Of a stretch of 64,000 nucleotides of DNA, positions 9,861 through 17,990 are shown piece by piece; positions within the stretch are counted from its first letter, which is position 1; each line of letters opens with the position of its first letter. The position numbers and the translations under genes were made by a program. This DNA is from an uncultured virus (IMG/VR IMGVR_UViG_3300025138_000019) (Duplodnaviria; Heunggongvirae; Uroviricota; Caudoviricetes), in the IMG/VR virus record IMGVR_UViG_3300025138_000019. One strand, given 5' to 3'. The notes beneath the pieces were generated by a model. The model searched no databases and was not told where the DNA came from. It saw nothing but the letters and a program-made list of their open reading frames with translations.

Positions 9861-10142
9861 TTAGGACATGTCAAGCTGTGACAGATCGGGGTTCTTGCGG
9901 TAGCTTCCACGGTAATATAGACCGAATGCAGTCATACCTGCGGGAACAGAACCCCAAAAACTTTCTACGTTTATGTCAAATACTGTGCTTGTATCATCTG
10001 CAACTTGTAAATCAAAAGTGCCACCAAAATTATCCTGAAAAGTTGCACGACCAGCACCAACGGTATTGTAAATCATAACACCATCTGTTGCCTGATCTTT
10101 GTTTCCTATGTTTAATACTTTAGATCTTTTGTAGTTACTCAT
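9861..10142 (-). CDS. small hypothetical (late) protein
   Basis: AAGGAG RBS and CATAAATA upstream. Confidence 0.7.
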   Translation of the reverse strand: MSNYKRSKVLNIGNKDQATDGVMIYNTVGAGRATFQDNFGGTFDLQVADDTSTVFDINVESFWGSVPAGMTAFGLYYRGSYRKNPDLSQLDMS

Positions 10143-10167
10143 TCATTATCTCCTTGAGATTACACCT

Positions 10168-10189
10168 TATTTATGAAAATACATAAATA
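10168..10189. promoter_or_regulatory. divergent pair of late promoters
   Basis: TATTTATG-AAAATA-CATAAATA gives CATAAATA on both strands, between divergent genes. Confidence 0.6.
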
Positions 10190-10211
10190 GATATACTAAA
10201 TGGAGTCTACT

Positions 10212-10991
10212 ATGCAGTCTAATATTGTTGAAAGAATTATCACAAAGAATAAAATTGATGCTATCTTGGAGTACGCAAGTCCATCTCCTATGATGAAAAG
10301 AAATTTTCAAACAGCAAGACAAAGATCGGTAGGTCAGGGGACAACAGCACGAAAAGTTGGAACACCCATGAAAACCAGTACATTCAAGAAAGCACAAGAT
10401 TCAACAATAACAAAAGCAAAAGCTGGTGATCAGAGATCGCAAGGCGCGTTGAACAGAGGTGCCTTTACATCAACATCATCAACTACTAACAGAGCTGCCG
10501 GTGATACTAGACAGACAAGATTAGACAGAGTTGCTAGGGGAAGAAAAAAGCAACAAATGGTAGCAAAAGCAAAAACTGTGGGTGTGGACGTAGCTAAGGG
10601 TATAGCAAGAAAAGCAGGCACCTCGGTGGCTGACTACGCACAAGAAAAAGGTAGAAGAGCTAGACAGAGAATGAACACCAACATGTCAGGCGAACCCGTA
10701 GGACAAAAAGTTGCACAGAGTGCATCAGACGCTGCATACGATTCTCTCCGTTCTGCAATGAGTGGGAAAGACAAGAAAGATGATTTGGTCATCGTAGACA
10801 GATCATCAATAAGTTCCTCTAAAACCAGAAAAGAAGGAACTATGAATAACTGGAAAAATAGCTTGGTAGAAGCTGTTGAATCTGGTAAAATCGAGAGAGA
10901 AAAAATGATGAGTGGTGAACAACCACCAGCGAAAAAGAATAAAGTAGAACACAGCGTTATTGACGCAATCACAGGTATAAATAGAGGGTAG
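10212..10991 (+). CDS. basic low-complexity protein, putative capsid-internal protein
   Basis: GGAG RBS before ATG 10212; ILE and LVE potential processing sites; Lys/Arg/Ala rich. Confidence 0.7.
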   Translation: MQSNIVERIITKNKIDAILEYASPSPMMKRNFQTARQRSVGQGTTARKVGTPMKTSTFKKAQDSTITKAKAGDQRSQGALNRGAFTSTSSTTNRAAGDTRQTRLDRVARGRKKQQMVAKAKTVGVDVAKGIARKAGTSVADYAQEKGRRARQRMNTNMSGEPVGQKVAQSASDAAYDSLRSAMSGKDKKDDLVIVDRSSISSSKTRKEGTMNNWKNSLVEAVESGKIEREKMMSGEQPPAKKNKVEHSVIDAITGINRG

Positions 10992-11000
10992 GAGAAACTA

Positions 11001-11387
11001 ATGAACATTAAAGATTTTCATAGCTGGGCCCACTCTAAAACAATGATATCAGAAAAAGCAAAAAATGCTTCGAAAGATATGGTTGGAAAATACCACCCCG
11101 GTGGCGAAGTAGGTTATCAGGGAACACAAGCAGCACTCTCTGCTGCTGGTCAAATCCCCGTTGCAGGGATCGCAGCAGATCTTGGAGCGGCAGCACACTC
11201 TGTGGCGTCTGGTAGACTCGGAGATGCTGCAATGAATGTAGTTAATGCAATACCAGTCGTAGGTAATGTTTCTGGTGTTGCCAAACTTGCCAAGACTGGA
11301 ACACAGCTTGCGAAAGCTGCATCGAAAACTGCAAAGACAGATAAAATTGCAGCAAAAGCCAAATCAACAATTAGCGGTAAAAACTAA
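11001..11387 (+). CDS. small protein with pre-toxin-like hydrophobic helical hairpin
   Basis: ALSAAGQIPVAGIAADLG...GDAAMNVVNAIPVVG; AGGAG RBS. Confidence 0.7.
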   Translation: MNIKDFHSWAHSKTMISEKAKNASKDMVGKYHPGGEVGYQGTQAALSAAGQIPVAGIAADLGAAAHSVASGRLGDAAMNVVNAIPVVGNVSGVAKLAKTGTQLAKAASKTAKTDKIAAKAKSTISGKN

Positions 11388-11426
11388 GGTCACCGCATAT
11401 TCTATATAACTCACTAGGAGAAAACC

Positions 11427-11756
11427 ATGTCAATTAATAACAGCAATAAAACCGGCGTCGGCGACCTAAACAAAATTCTCGCCCAAACCGCAATGGAAAT
11501 TCACAGAACTCACCGTCCCAAAGTAGAGGGTGTAGACTCGGCAGAACCAATGGAACTTGCCGAATCAATCGCAGACGATACTCAAGAGATCACTGAAGAG
11601 CAGGCAATTGCCGATCTAACAGAGTGGCTTGATGGTATCGTAAACGATGTCGAATCACAGTTAAACAGAGAATTATCAGAGGAAGAGCTTGACTATACCC
11701 TAGATCATGCAATTTCTCTTCTTGAAACCGAAGAAGAGATCGAATCCGCAAAATAA
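11427..11756 (+). CDS. acidic hypothetical protein
   Basis: AGGAG RBS and TATATA upstream; Glu-rich helical sequence. Confidence 0.7.
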   Translation: MSINNSNKTGVGDLNKILAQTAMEIHRTHRPKVEGVDSAEPMELAESIADDTQEITEEQAIADLTEWLDGIVNDVESQLNRELSEEELDYTLDHAISLLETEEEIESAK

Positions 11757-11759
11757 TTC

Positions 11760-11788
11760 TTGACATTTAGTGAAAGGTAGTGTATATT
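11760..11788 (+). promoter_or_regulatory. sigma70-type promoter
   Basis: TTGACA-N17-TATATT. Confidence 0.7.
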
Positions 11789-11794
11789 ATGATT

Positions 11795-12457
11795 ATGAAT
11801 AAAGTTTTCACACATGTCCAGACGGATATTAAAGACGACCTAGCTTCGGAAACATCCGAAGCAGGTCGTTTTTATATTGCTCCGAGTGGCATTCGTTTGC
11901 CTAGTGTAACCACTGTCACAGGAAGAAAGAAGAGTCGTTTCTTCGCTGAGTGGAGAAAGAAGAACCCGAAGGAATCCAAGAGAGTTACCAGACGGGGTTC
12001 ACGCTTCCATTCTTTGATTGAGGATTACATCAACAACGACTTCAATCCTGAAGTAGAGACAAAAGATCAACAACCAGATATGATTGATCTATTTGTAGTT
12101 CTGAAGGATGAACTCGACAAGATCGACAACATCAGAGCACAAGAGGCTCCTCTTTGGAGTGAGCGTATTGGGTTGGCTGGTAGAGTCGATTGTGTTGCAG
12201 ATTACGATGGAGTTCCATGTATCATAGATTTCAAAGCCTCATCTCGTAGAAAAAGAGAAGAGGATATTGGAAACTATATGATGCAAGCAACAGCATACGC
12301 TCTTATGTGGCAAATAAGAACCGGGGAAAAGATAAACGACTTTGCAATCCTCATAGCATGTGAGGATGGAACTTCTCAGGTATTCAGGGGTAAAGTGTTG
12401 AAATGGGTTCCTAAACTATACAATGAGATCAAGGATTACTACTCTTCAATGGAGTAG
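11795..12457 (+). CDS. PD-(D/E)XK exonuclease (Cas4-like phage exonuclease)
   Basis: LPSVTTV...RGSRFH...LAGRVDC...IIDFKAS...QATAYA. Confidence 0.88.
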   Translation: MNKVFTHVQTDIKDDLASETSEAGRFYIAPSGIRLPSVTTVTGRKKSRFFAEWRKKNPKESKRVTRRGSRFHSLIEDYINNDFNPEVETKDQQPDMIDLFVVLKDELDKIDNIRAQEAPLWSERIGLAGRVDCVADYDGVPCIIDFKASSRRKREEDIGNYMMQATAYALMWQIRTGEKINDFAILIACEDGTSQVFRGKVLKWVPKLYNEIKDYYSSME

Positions 12458-12677
12458 AAGTCCCTTTCCATACTTTTATAGTAATAGCAATCACAACAAT
12501 AAGAAGAAGTAAATACCAGAACAACCACCCACTGAAAAATGTGGGTTCGGTTGTCACTTCTGCTATTGTTTTTTTGTCCCACGCAGATGGAGTAGAACTG
12601 TAGGTGGGATCCAATATTGTTTGTCCGGCTGAACACCCTGCCAAGAAAACTAGTAATGTGATTAGTAATTTATTCAT
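12429..12677 (-). CDS. small lipoprotein with C-terminal transmembrane helix
   Basis: Lipobox FLAG-C; C-terminal WLFWYLLLLIVVIAITIKVW. Confidence 0.7.
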   Translation of the reverse strand: MNKLLITLLVFLAGCSAGQTILDPTYSSTPSAWDKKTIAEVTTEPTFFSGWLFWYLLLLIVVIAITIKVWKGTSTPLKSSNP

Positions 12678-13126
12678 CGTGATCTACCTACTGCTGATCC
12701 AAAGTAAAATCCTACAATTGTCACAAGGATCTGTCTGTTCTCTGTAGTAAACAAATAGCCACGAACAGTCTCAAACGAGATCACTTCATTAGTTCCAAAC
12801 AAACCAAAGAAATCTAGTGGTGCATTTCTTTTCTCGACTATCTCGACAACCGTCGGCACCTCAAAGAATGGCAATACAAACGGGGCGATTATTGTTCCAA
12901 ACAATATACAAAGAACAATAAATCTTCGAACCCATTTGCCAGCATCACTGCCCACTCGTTCTATTGCTTGATTGTATGATTCATTCGATACCTTATTTGC
13001 ATCCAACAATCTATTAAATCTTTCCTGTTCATTCTGTCTTTTCTCTGCTATAGATTTAAAAATAAATCCGGTGAGACTACCACCAACCAGAGATAAGAAT
13101 TCAGTTGTGAGTAGGGTTTCTATCAT
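12674..13126 (-). CDS. membrane protein, holin-like
   Basis: Three hydrophobic segments, ending TIVGFYFG; ATGA overlap with the lipoprotein gene. Confidence 0.6.
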   Translation of the reverse strand: MIETLLTTEFLSLVGGSLTGFIFKSIAEKRQNEQERFNRLLDANKVSNESYNQAIERVGSDAGKWVRRFIVLCILFGTIIAPFVLPFFEVPTVVEIVEKRNAPLDFFGLFGTNEVISFETVRGYLFTTENRQILVTIVGFYFGSAVGRSR

Positions 13127-13704
13127 TTTTTAGTGTCTCTTCTAAACATACTGAAGGGTAAGAATTTTTCTTTTTTCTTTTTACCTTTCAGAGACTTCAA
13201 AGCTTTTCTTTGGTTTATTGCTAAATCATCCGGTGGTGCTGGATGTGGTGCGTTGGCACCCATGTGGAGATTATATCCCATACCTCCAACTTGTCCAGAA
13301 GAAGCAACATTTGCTATCTCTTCTTTCATTGACTCATCTATTATATCAGAACTCTGCATGAAATCAAGAAATCCCTCTACAAAGTAATCCCAATCACCAC
13401 CAACAGTCTCTAGCTCCTCTCGGAACAAATTGAGAGCTGCTGTAGTGCTTGCGAGTTTAGCTTTTGTTGATGGGTTCGGAATTTGATTAAATAATCTTTT
13501 GATGTAAATAACAAACATTTCAAATGTATTGAGAACAGATCTTTCTCTTGCAGAAAGATCTTCCATTCTTTTTAAGAAATATCCATTACCGTCTATCAAA
13601 CCCATCTTATATGCCTTCATTGAAACGAATGACTTACTGATCTCTTTGATGAATTTATAGAGAGTAAATGCGGATATAGTTCTGTTTGTTAGATCGAAAC
13701 TCAT
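13123..13704 (-). CDS. conserved T4-like phage hypothetical protein
   Basis: KAYKMGLIDGNG motif and EEIAN...GGMG tail, which I recall from marine T4-like phages. Confidence 0.7.
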   Translation of the reverse strand: MSFDLTNRTISAFTLYKFIKEISKSFVSMKAYKMGLIDGNGYFLKRMEDLSARERSVLNTFEMFVIYIKRLFNQIPNPSTKAKLASTTAALNLFREELETVGGDWDYFVEGFLDFMQSSDIIDESMKEEIANVASSGQVGGMGYNLHMGANAPHPAPPDDLAINQRKALKSLKGKKKKEKFLPFSMFRRDTKK

Positions 13705-14090
13705 TCCAATAATTTTCCTAAAATACTGTCTATGACATGATTTGTTGGTATGTTAATTAAATCGACTTCGGGTAATTCTATAGGCAAAAGTTGTAAATAT
13801 TTCAAAAAAGATTTTAGATACGAGTGGTATCTTTCTTCTATTCTAAAAAATAATATTCTGCTACAAGCCTCGGCACCAAACACGTTGTTCAGTATGATTA
13901 TGTGATTTAAGATTAATCTTTCTTTTAGATTGTTCTTTTGATCAAATCTATTGAATAATCTTTTGATATACTTGATTCTATTCAAATCCTCATGAAACTC
14001 GTCAAAGTCTACACAGTTTGGATTTTCATAATAAGACAATGCATAATCTAAAAAATTACTTTCATCAAGTATATCAATTCCCATTATCAT
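13701..14090 (-). CDS. conserved T4-like phage protein (DUF7207-like)
   Basis: YENPNC...EFHEDLNRIKYIKRLF...LKERLILNHIIILNNVFG. Confidence 0.8.
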   Translation of the reverse strand: MIMGIDILDESNFLDYALSYYENPNCVDFDEFHEDLNRIKYIKRLFNRFDQKNNLKERLILNHIIILNNVFGAEACSRILFFRIEERYHSYLKSFLKYLQLLPIELPEVDLINIPTNHVIDSILGKLLE

Positions 14091-14572
14091 CCTTCGCTGT
14101 CGGCTTCTTTTACAACCTCGGAGCGTACTCTATATAAACCCCTACCCTCTTCGACATTGAAGTTGATCATATATTTGATACCATCTTCAAATCCATCAGT
14201 GGTTTCAAATTCTTCGATTGGTGTGGTTGGAGTTTTTCCAAAAGTCCCACCATATCTAAAGAGTCTGAAACTAAATGCAGATTCAGAAACTTGTTCTTTT
14301 CCATCATACTGGAAATCGAAACCAATAATGTTTAACTTTGCTCTAAGCATTGTAATTGATTGTGGTAGATCAAGACATTCCTTGGAAAAATACGATTCAA
14401 GAAAAGCATTGATTCTTCTGATATTGCCTTCAGAGTCCAAATCAAACAAGCCTTTTCCGTGATCTTTAACTGCGGAACGAGCGCCAGTGTGTGGTTGTCT
14501 AGCTGCTAGACCACCAACTGATAATTCTCCGCTTTCATTTATCTGTTGTAGTAAGGTTTTAAAACTTTTCAT
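14087..14572 (-). CDS. hypothetical protein with capsid-targeting-like leader
   Basis: MKSFKTLLQQINE leader; GGAG RBS; TACATA upstream. Confidence 0.75.
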   Translation of the reverse strand: MKSFKTLLQQINESGELSVGGLAARQPHTGARSAVKDHGKGLFDLDSEGNIRRINAFLESYFSKECLDLPQSITMLRAKLNIIGFDFQYDGKEQVSESAFSFRLFRYGGTFGKTPTTPIEEFETTDGFEDGIKYMINFNVEEGRGLYRVRSEVVKEADSEG

Positions 14573-14602
14573 TTAAATTCTCCGTTGTACTATGTATACG
14601 AC

Positions 14603-14842
14603 TCATCGCCTTTTTGGTGATCGTCCGGTTGCGATTAATGTCGCTATGGCCATTGCGACTTCTTCTGGGGTAGAGTTTTTTCCAGGTCTAGACGGCATTT
14701 TATCTCTAAACTTTTTATTTGATAGGATCTGAGATGCTACTGCATCTCTTTTACTTTTTTGTTCATCATTTAATTTTACTTCGTCTAAATTATTCTTTGA
14801 TTGAATAACAAATGGAGTTTTTTCTATTTTCATATCATTCAC
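14603..14842 (-). CDS. hypothetical protein
   Basis: 79-aa ORF overlapping the upstream stop. Confidence 0.65.
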   Translation of the reverse strand: MNDMKIEKTPFVIQSKNNLDEVKLNDEQKSKRDAVASQILSNKKFRDKMPSRPGKNSTPEEVAMAIATLIATGRSPKRR

Positions 14843-15116
14843 TTCCTGTTTTTATAGCATTTTCGAGCTGATAACGAATCCATAATAAATCTGTTTTTAT
14901 TTCAGCAAGATCAGTTGATATTGATATTCTGAAAGCCTCACTTGCGTCTATTCTTTCGTCTAGGTTAATAATTTCTTGTTCTATCGCAGTTAATCTATAA
15001 TCGTAGGTTGCATCTTTTGCACCTATTGTCCATACTAGTATAGCAAGGGTTGAAACCCAACCAAAAATAACGCCCCAGCCATTTAAACTTATTCTTCTAG
15101 CATCGTCTTGAGACAT
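14835..15116 (-). CDS. single-TM coiled-coil membrane protein
   Basis: TM segment GWGVIFGWVSTLAILVW followed by a heptad-like stretch; GGAG RBS. Confidence 0.7.
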   Translation of the reverse strand: MSQDDARRISLNGWGVIFGWVSTLAILVWTIGAKDATYDYRLTAIEQEIINLDERIDASEAFRISISTDLAEIKTDLLWIRYQLENAIKTGSE

Positions 15117-15136
15117 ACATTAACTCCAGATCCGAA

Positions 15137-17320
15137 TCACTTCGGAGATTCTTTTTTTATAGATTTTACTCTATCGTAATTTTTTTTAAAAAGTTTATTC
15201 AATTCCGCGTCAACTTCCATAAAAGGAGTGTCTTCTATGTATTTTTTTAGAAGATCGTAGGTTCCGATGTCTCCGGCACCACCCTCTTCTTTGAGTCTTT
15301 TGCTATGATCTTGAGTTTCGCCTGGTTTATGTTTGTTGTCAGATCTGTTTGATGCGGCACTTCTTTTTCTTAAGTTGGTAGATGAATTGTTCATGGGATT
15401 TCCATCCTTGTGATCAATATCAACCCCATCACCTTTACTCACTACACCCTTACGAATAGCTCTTCTTCTATTTGTTGTTCGTTTGCCTCTAGCTTGAATT
15501 GCTTTTTTGCTGCTATGATGTCTATCATATTCTTTTCTGTAATCTCTCTCATACTCTTCGTTAGTAGTGAGCTGAGGGATTTCATCATTCTCTGCTTCAT
15601 AGTATTGTGTGTCCTTCTCTACAGGAACATAAAATACTCTATCTCTAGTTTGAACTTTCGTATACTCACCAGACTCATTTGTGTTATAATTAGCTAAGTT
15701 AAGTTGATTGGAACTTATTTCATTTACGGTCAAACCTAAAAATTCAAACATTCGGAATGGATCATCAGAGATATCAGATGTCGCTTGGTTGAAATAAGTT
15801 TCTGTGTCTGAGTCACTCTCTGCCAGTAAATCAGTAAAGTGATGACATATGTCTTCTTTCATATCATCAGATACACTCATAGCAGCCCAGAAACTTCCGG
15901 GTGTTCTAGATTCTCGTATGTCATCGTCAATACCAAATCTTATGTTTACCTTTACATCATTGATGATTTTGTTAATATAAGTTTCGTTTAATTTTGATAA
16001 ATGTGCGCTTGTTCCATCTTTATTTGCCGATAATATATGAGTAACCGAAGAAGGATTGTCAAAACCAAATTTGTCTTGTCCAGTTAATTCTTCGTAAACT
16101 AAAGCTTTCTTGAACTCCTCGTTAGTTGCAAATATATCTTCGAGATGGGACTTTAGTTCTGTGTGTAAATTCTCTACATTTTCCTTAGAGAACCTATTTT
16201 TATCAATTTGGATTTGGTTATTGAATCTCACTTCAGGCTTAGTGTTTATAACATAATCTCTCATTTTTTCTGATACAGCTTTTGTCTGTTTTTTGGTAGC
16301 AGGGTTCAATAAGATATTTTCTTTTAGTTTCAATGCAGTGGAAGAAAACAAGGCTAAGGCTTCGCCTTCTTTTTCCAGTAAGATTGGAGTTTCTCCAATC
16401 CTTACCGAGGCCCGGACAACTTCCTCTTGTGAATCACCCTCGAATACTATCTGAGACTTGGATGAAGGATCATCACCACCCAATGATGCCCACTCTGGAG
16501 AGATTGATCCTGTTTCTTTGTTGACTGGCTTAGCCACCCAACTTCCTCTTAAATCATCCTGTATTTGCTGAACAACTCGAATAGCAGATGGTTCTAATGT
16601 TTCGCTCTCTTCCATGTTGTTCTTAAGAGATGGAGACATCCCATCACCTATCTTGCCTCCGTTCACAGAGTTGAATGTGCTCGCTATGCTTGAAGCCATG
16701 TCTTCTGATTCATGATCCCAATCAGGATAAACTGATCCTGCTGATGTTATTTCTTTTCCGTTTGATGGAATTCTTTTTTGTTCCTGAGAATCCATAATGT
16801 CATCAGCAACTTCGCCTTCTTGTGTGGCGACTTCGGGAGCTGATGGATCTTCTGTTTTCTCTACATTACCCAGAAGTCTGTTGGATGTTTTTGTTGCTTC
16901 GAAATCAGGTCTTCTGGAAATTTCTCTTGCTGCGTTTGGAGTTACTTCTGGTTTGTTTCTCTGACCAGGGACTCGTCCATATAGGAGTTCATGTTTATTT
17001 GGTTCGTAATCAGTTTTTGGAATCAATCTAGTTTTGTTGTCATCCAAAGTTTTTACAACAATAACCCCCTTCCAAGGGTTTGTCTTTTCTTGTTGCTCTG
17101 ATGCTTTTCTCTCTACACGCTTTCTGGCGCTATCAACGTCTTTTTTGTCACCACCAACAGCTCTAGCATCTTCTTTTGCTTTTTCTTTATCTAGAGCTTC
17201 TTTATCAGCAAATGATTTCGATATTGGGTTCGCTTCGTCTAACTGCAAAAATTCTAAAAATTCCATCGGATCAAACCAATCTGCTTCAAATATGGGTTTT
17301 TTTGTTGAATAATCAGACAT
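15137..17320 (-). CDS. large modular protein with C-terminal HNH-like nuclease module
   Basis: RDYRKEY...GDGVDIDHKDGNPMNNSSTNLR...NRS; EEGGAGDIGT...KYIEDTP module; TATAAATA upstream. Confidence 0.75.
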   Translation of the reverse strand: MSDYSTKKPIFEADWFDPMEFLEFLQLDEANPISKSFADKEALDKEKAKEDARAVGGDKKDVDSARKRVERKASEQQEKTNPWKGVIVVKTLDDNKTRLIPKTDYEPNKHELLYGRVPGQRNKPEVTPNAAREISRRPDFEATKTSNRLLGNVEKTEDPSAPEVATQEGEVADDIMDSQEQKRIPSNGKEITSAGSVYPDWDHESEDMASSIASTFNSVNGGKIGDGMSPSLKNNMEESETLEPSAIRVVQQIQDDLRGSWVAKPVNKETGSISPEWASLGGDDPSSKSQIVFEGDSQEEVVRASVRIGETPILLEKEGEALALFSSTALKLKENILLNPATKKQTKAVSEKMRDYVINTKPEVRFNNQIQIDKNRFSKENVENLHTELKSHLEDIFATNEEFKKALVYEELTGQDKFGFDNPSSVTHILSANKDGTSAHLSKLNETYINKIINDVKVNIRFGIDDDIRESRTPGSFWAAMSVSDDMKEDICHHFTDLLAESDSDTETYFNQATSDISDDPFRMFEFLGLTVNEISSNQLNLANYNTNESGEYTKVQTRDRVFYVPVEKDTQYYEAENDEIPQLTTNEEYERDYRKEYDRHHSSKKAIQARGKRTTNRRRAIRKGVVSKGDGVDIDHKDGNPMNNSSTNLRKRSAASNRSDNKHKPGETQDHSKRLKEEGGAGDIGTYDLLKKYIEDTPFMEVDAELNKLFKKNYDRVKSIKKESPK

Positions 17321-17342
17321 TCTTTACTCCAAAGACTACTTC

Positions 17343-17350
17343 TATTTATA
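17343..17350 (-). promoter_or_regulatory. T4-type late promoter
   Basis: TATAAATA on the minus strand, overlapping the U-tract of the upstream terminator. Confidence 0.7.
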
Positions 17351-17381
17351 AAAAAAAGAATGGGCCCCGTAAACGGGGCCC
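17350..17381 (-). terminator. rho-independent terminator
   Basis: GGGCCCCGT-TT-ACGGGGCCC stem followed by ATTC and an 8-T run on the minus strand. Confidence 0.85.
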
Positions 17382-17386
17382 AAACA

Positions 17387-17466
17387 CTGGCTTTATGCGA
17401 GTAAATAGGGGAAAGTGCTGGATCACCTCCTGACTGTGTGCAAAAGATACTTGGCAGTAAAGCCAG
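17387..17466. ncRNA. putative structured RNA element containing a 15-nt match to the 16S rRNA 3' tail
   Basis: Outer 9-bp inverted repeat CTGGCTTTA/TAAAGCCAG encloses GCTGGATCACCTCCT (17417-17431); non-coding gap. Confidence 0.45.
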
Positions 17467-17475
17467 ATTTATCGT

Positions 17476-17607
17476 TTACGGTTTAGTCCAAGGAAGGTAA
17501 CCCTTCACCCATGTCCAAAAAGAAGGTCCTATCCAAGCTCCGGCGGCGAATAATAATACGCTATAAAACACAGTTCCTAAAATTCCGCTAAATGGCTCTG
17601 GTGACAT
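17476..17607 (-). CDS. 43-aa membrane peptide (below ORF-track cutoff)
   Basis: AAGGAG RBS then MSPEPFSGILGTVFYSVLLFAAGAWIGPSFWTWVKGYLPWTKP*. Confidence 0.75.
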   Translation of the reverse strand: MSPEPFSGILGTVFYSVLLFAAGAWIGPSFWTWVKGYLPWTKP

Positions 17608-17610
17608 AAT

Positions 17611-17961
17611 TCACTCCTTTTCGTCTAGGCTTTTATTTTCAAAAGCTTTTGAAACGTCACTATTATATATGTCCTTTTTGAAGCCAAACGTGCTTTTTTT
17701 CTTTCTTTTTTTCGCTGGCTTTTCCTTCGTTTTCTCTGAACTAGCTAAATCATTGATTAGTGGCAGATCACCTTCTTTTTCGATAAAAGAAAGCTCAGTT
17801 TCGTTTAAACTTCTTTTGTCCCATATCCACTTACCTCTATAATTAAAAAAAGTTCCGCCATATTCACGTTCAAATCTACCTCTGTACTTTTTACCCACTT
17901 TTTCATCGTTGCAAAGTGCATAAGTTCTGGTGATTGAATCGTTGACTTCGTTTAATCTCAT
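17611..17961 (-). CDS. hypothetical protein
   Basis: AAGGAG RBS; CATAAATA at 17988-17995. Confidence 0.7.
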   Translation of the reverse strand: MRLNEVNDSITRTYALCNDEKVGKKYRGRFEREYGGTFFNYRGKWIWDKRSLNETELSFIEKEGDLPLINDLASSEKTKEKPAKKRKKKSTFGFKKDIYNSDVSKAFENKSLDEKE

Positions 17962-17990
17962 TGTTGTGCTCCTTAAAGATACATTACTAT

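Noticed and set aside
11795..12457. Cas4-like nuclease as sign of a CRISPR-Cas locus
   Set aside because: No repeat-spacer array or other cas genes; this exonuclease type is common in T4-like phages
17406..17431. 16S rRNA gene fragment
   Set aside because: Only the terminal ~25 nt resemble 16S and the helix-45 stem is not reproduced; treated as a motif, not an rRNA gene
17511..17591. Plus-strand basic peptide MSKKKVLSKLRRRIIIRYKTQFLKFR resembling a tiny ribosomal or RNA-binding protein
   Set aside because: It lies antisense to the 43-aa membrane peptide, which has a better RBS and matches the local gene orientation
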